From Euglena gracilis (taxonomy: Eukaryota): a stretch of 35,598 nt of DNA. The stretch covers positions 28,237,037-28,272,634 of the forward strand of contig CP154954.1 of the NCBI GenBank assembly GCA_039621445.1, read 5' to 3'. Below the pieces are notes generated by a model that had not been told where the DNA came from, ran no database searches, and saw only the letters and a program-made list of their open reading frames with translations. Shown piece by piece: positions 32,001 through 35,598 of the stretch. Position 1 is the first letter of the stretch. Each line of letters starts with the position of its first letter. Made by a program: the position numbers and the translations under genes.

Positions 32001-32316
32001 ACCAACTCCACTACCACGCCCCCGACTACCCTCCGACTGGCGACCCCCGGCCCCGCCCCCTACCGACTCCAGCCGGCAAACCCGGCCCCGCCCCTACCTA
32101 ACTACCCCGGCGACCCGGCCCCAGCCCCCTACCACCCCAGCCGGAGCCCCGGCCCCACCCCCTACCTACCCCGACGGGCAACCCCGGCCCCTCCCCCTAC
32201 CGCCCCCAGCCGACATCCCCGCCGCGCCCCCGACCTACTCCGACTGGCAGCCCCGGCCCCGCCCCCTACCCATCCCAGCCGGCAGCCCTGGCCCCGCCCC
32301 ATCCTTCCCCAGCCGG
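29091..32316. repeat. C-rich minisatellite (~33-34-bp variant units) with higher-order repeats
   Basis: Units such as CGCCCCCTACCGACTCCAGCCGACATCCCCGACC and ...CTACCCCAGCCGGCAGCCCCGGCCC. The rare variant TTCCGTCCCG recurs at ~29950, ~30740 and ~31186. Confidence 0.97.
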
Positions 32317-32554
32317 AAGACCCACAGATTCTTGTCCGGGCCCGGGGTAGGCCCTTTGGAGGCAGGGCAATTACGGCCCTGCCTTGGCTCTGACCTTCGG
32401 CAATGCAGGAACGTGGAGTGCCATTAATCCTAATCCTAATCCCCCCGGCGCCAAGGATGGTTGGTGTCCGCCGATTTCACCCCACCCCCCCCCCCCCCCG
32501 TCTGGCACCCAGGAACCCTGCCCCGGTTCTGTCCACCCATTTCCCACCCCAGTG

Positions 32555-32590
32555 CACACACAGACACACACACACACACACACACACACA
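32555..32590. repeat. (CA)n microsatellite
   Basis: Seen directly. Confidence 0.95.
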
Positions 32591-33656
32591 AGTACCCTGC
32601 ACTTTAAGTTATTGGGGACCTCTTCCCCCCTCTTTGTCTAAATTTTGTTCAAGCTGATTGAGTGAAACCACTTATCTGCAACCACCTTTTGAACATTCTT
32701 TAATTTTCATACACAAATTTAATTTGCTGCTCATTTCAGTTATTTCACATTTACACACCAGCCCAAATCCACTTCACTCTGCACTCTGATCCCCCAAATA
32801 TCTGAATAGAAACCCATTGTGGTGGAACCCCACACGAAACAAAAAAAAAACAAACAAAGAAAATATCTCCTGGATACCGGGAAAGAAGAAAGGGGGGAGA
32901 AACCTTTTCGGGAAAAAGAATTTTCTCAGCGCCTCCCAGCCCCCCAGCCTGCTCCCTGGTTTAAGCACACGGGGCCCATGTTCTCCCATCCGCTCATATG
33001 TGGCAGCTGTGCATGCCCCCATCTCCCTCCAGACCGCGGTGAGGCACAGCTCTCTCCATGGTTTGTCGCATTGCATATGCTGTTTTATCTCAAGCCTGAT
33101 ATCCGCATACCAATGTATTTTGTGTGCACAGGCCAATTCATAATTCCTGGTTTCTTTTTGCTGCCTCTTGGACCTTTAATCTTGGACCAGTCACCATGGG
33201 CCTGACACCGTGTTCCTGCCAGCCCCGCCGCCCCCTCTCCCCCAGCTCACCCACCCCCCTCCCGCAAGCATGGTGGCCGACCCTCCCCCTCCGCCACCCC
33301 CGCCCAGCACCCAGGAGCCCTGCCCCGGTTCTGCCTCCACCCACTACCCACCCCACCCACCCATCCTTTAAGTATCTGGGAAACTCTTCCCCTGCTTTGT
33401 CTAAATTTCGTTCAGGCTGCTGAAGTGCAACCACCTAACTGCAACCGTCCTTTGAACACTCTCTTAATTTTCGCCCATAAATTTCACCAGAATTTATTTT
33501 GCAGCTCATTTCAGTCATATCACATTGACTCACCAGTCGGCAGCACAAGTGCTCTTCGCTGCGAACCCCCAAAATTCCGAGGATAACCCCATTGTGATAG
33601 AAACCCAAATAAAATATGAAGAACACCATTGCCAAATTTCCAAAGAACGGAGAAAT

Positions 33657-33798
33657 TGTGTGTGTGTGTGCGTGTGTGCGTGTGTGTGTGTTTGTGTGTG
33701 TGTGCGCGCGCGCGTGCGTGTGTGCGTGCAGGTTGCGTGTGGGTGTGGGTGTGTGTGTGGGTGTGGGTGTGGATTTGTGGGTGTGGGTGTGTGTGCGT
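33657..33798. repeat. Compound (TG)n/(CG)n/(TGGGTG)n microsatellite
   Basis: Seen directly. Confidence 0.95.
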
Positions 33799-34079
33799 AC
33801 AGGCGTACCCAGCGGGAACACGCCGGGGAAGCGAATTTTCCTCAACGCCTCCTGCACCCCCAGCCCATCCTCCATTCTCATGACATTCGGACCATTTTCC
33901 TCGCCCCCTGCCCCCTCCGGGCCGCAGTGGGTCACAGCTCTCTCCGCAGCTTGAATTTGTGCTGGTTTCCCTCACGACCCAAAATCACATGCCATCGTTT
34001 TTCTTTTTGCATGCACCATCCAATTCATGGTTTCCTCTGCTGCCTCACGCAATTTTGAACCCTCCCCTGAGAACTTTAA

Positions 34080-35598
34080 CCCCCACGTGGTTTTCTGCAC
34101 ACTGATTGCCTGGACCTCCCCAACGTTTCGGATTACCACAAGCCGCGGAATTTTCCCAATAATCCCAACCTCCATGATGTTCTGTTTTCCAATTCCTGAA
34201 TAAACCTGACAACCCATTGGTGTTCTACCCCCCCCCCCCCCCGAACTGCGGATAACACCCTTGCCCAGATGGTGTCCTACCCACCGAGCTCCCGGACCAC
34301 TCCGACTACCTTGTGACATTCTAGGCCTCCCCATGGGTTTCGATATAACCCCAGCCACCCTGTGGAGTCCAACCTGTCAATATGCCGCATAACCCCAACC
34401 AACCCATTACTCTACCTGCTGAATTTTTGGAAAACCTAACACCCCGTGGTCTTCGACACACATATCACTGCCAGAAATCCAATGCGCCAAATTTCCGCAT
34501 AACCAGGACCCCCCCCCCCTGGTGTTTCTCCCGACCCATTACCAGTATTCCACAAAACACATTTCCAGAGGATCTTATCCTCATGGTGCACTACGCACCA
34601 ACTGCCCAGACTACCCCACCCCACGTGGTGTACAACCTCAGCTATCGGCCCATACCAACCTTCACTTAGTATCCTACCCACCATCTTTCTGGCACTGTTT
34701 TTCTTGATGCTGCAACCACCCTGTGGTGTTTTACCTGTAATTTTCCGGGTCAAATTCACGTTCAAATTCATCAAATTTCAGGTTATTTCAGCCCCCCATG
34801 TTGTTCCACCCTTCCAACCCCCGAGTAAATCCACCCACCGAGTTTTCGCCCCCAAGCACCTCGTGCCCTCCAGGCTTCTGGACCACCCCAAATACTCCCT
34901 GTTTTCCAACCCACCGTATTTTCCAGGCCTTCCTCAACCTCCCTGTGATGTTTCTTCCCATCGAATTTCGAAACAACCCAACCGCCCCGTGGTGTCCAAC
35001 CCAACAAACTTCCAGACCCCAAGCAAAAACCCCAAGCAACCCGTGGTGTTCTACTCGCCGCACGCCTGTACAATGTAACCCTCCCCCATGGTGTTGTACA
35101 TGCCGACTGCCCAGAAACCCCCAACGTTCTGCCCGTCCCAACCACCCTGTGGTGTTACCCACTGAGTTTCTGGATTACCACATCACCCCATGGTGTGTCT
35201 TCACTTCGAATTATTTGATAATAACTCATTGATGTTCCACACACCCATCTTCCTGAATTTCCGCAGAAAAGACACCCAAAATTCCAAAATTTTCGCATGA
35301 GAAACACTCCTTCGAGGTGTTTCCCCCCACCCAATTGCCTAAGTGTCTTGCCAACTGAACTGCCACACCACCCTCCATAGTCTCTTGGCATCTAAGTCAC
35401 CATCCCTCTGGACCGCCACCACCACTCCATGGTGACCAACCCGAATTTCTAGACCACCCCAACCACCCCATGGCTTTTTACCCATTAAATCTTTGGATAA
35501 TCCACAACTCACCCCACTTCCCAATAACTTATTGGTGTTCTACTACTTCTATCTAAACTAACCCTCCCAATAAACCCATCACCACACCCCTTGGCATT
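34080..35598. repeat. Degenerate satellite with recurring CCC(A/G/T)TGGTGTT(C/T)TAC motif
   Basis: Motif variants recur every ~40-70 bp, e.g. near 34213, 34718, 34985, 35040, 35085, 35145, 35185 and 35530. Confidence 0.7.

Larger units (their letters stand above)
32503..34080 (+). repeat. Diverged ~800-bp tandem duplication (32503-33304 and 33305-~34080), with a partial third copy near 28137-28260
   Basis: All three start GCACCCAGGA.CCCT.CCCCGG.TCTG. The two long copies share CTTTGTCTAAATTT.GTTCA.GCTG, AACCCATTG...GAAACCC and CACAGCTCTCTCC. Confidence 0.85.

Noticed and set aside
33435-34058. His/Thr- or Cys/Val-repeat ORFs
   Set aside because: Artefacts of the (TG)n microsatellite.
1-35598. 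tRNA, rRNA or an autonomous DNA transposase gene
   Set aside because: No cloverleaf, rRNA signature or DDE transposase motifs were recognised by eye; a covariance-model search was not possible.

Overview
Eukaryotic, transposon-dense window (GT-AG introns, TTAGGG-like interstitial repeats); the host cannot be identified. All calls come from manual reading and translation; no searches were run. The left 12.6 kb is a nest of retroelements: (i) the 5' part of a DIRS-type element on the minus strand (1-~1545); (ii) a decayed plus-strand polyprotein with retropepsin, Cys/His motif, Pro/Thr/Ala linker and Dam-like adenine methyltransferase (~1550-5150); (iii) an old DIRS RT/RNase H relic on the minus strand, split by (iv) a structurally complete DIRS1-like element (5732-11958; 78-bp ITRs, ICR, ORF1, RT-RNase H-MT, tyrosine recombinase), whose recombinase is interrupted by (v) a 1674-bp non-coding TRIM-like LTR element (298-bp LTRs, GGGT TSD). 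From 12.6 to 25.3 kb lie two intron-rich host genes on the minus strand, a PPR protein and a CS/PIH1-like protein, whose introns are full of hAT-type and Tc1/mariner-type MITEs. The last 9.6 kb is repeats: degenerate CCCTAA tracts, a 7x36-bp palindromic array, a 3.2-kb C-rich satellite, an ~800-bp diverged duplication and a degenerate satellite.
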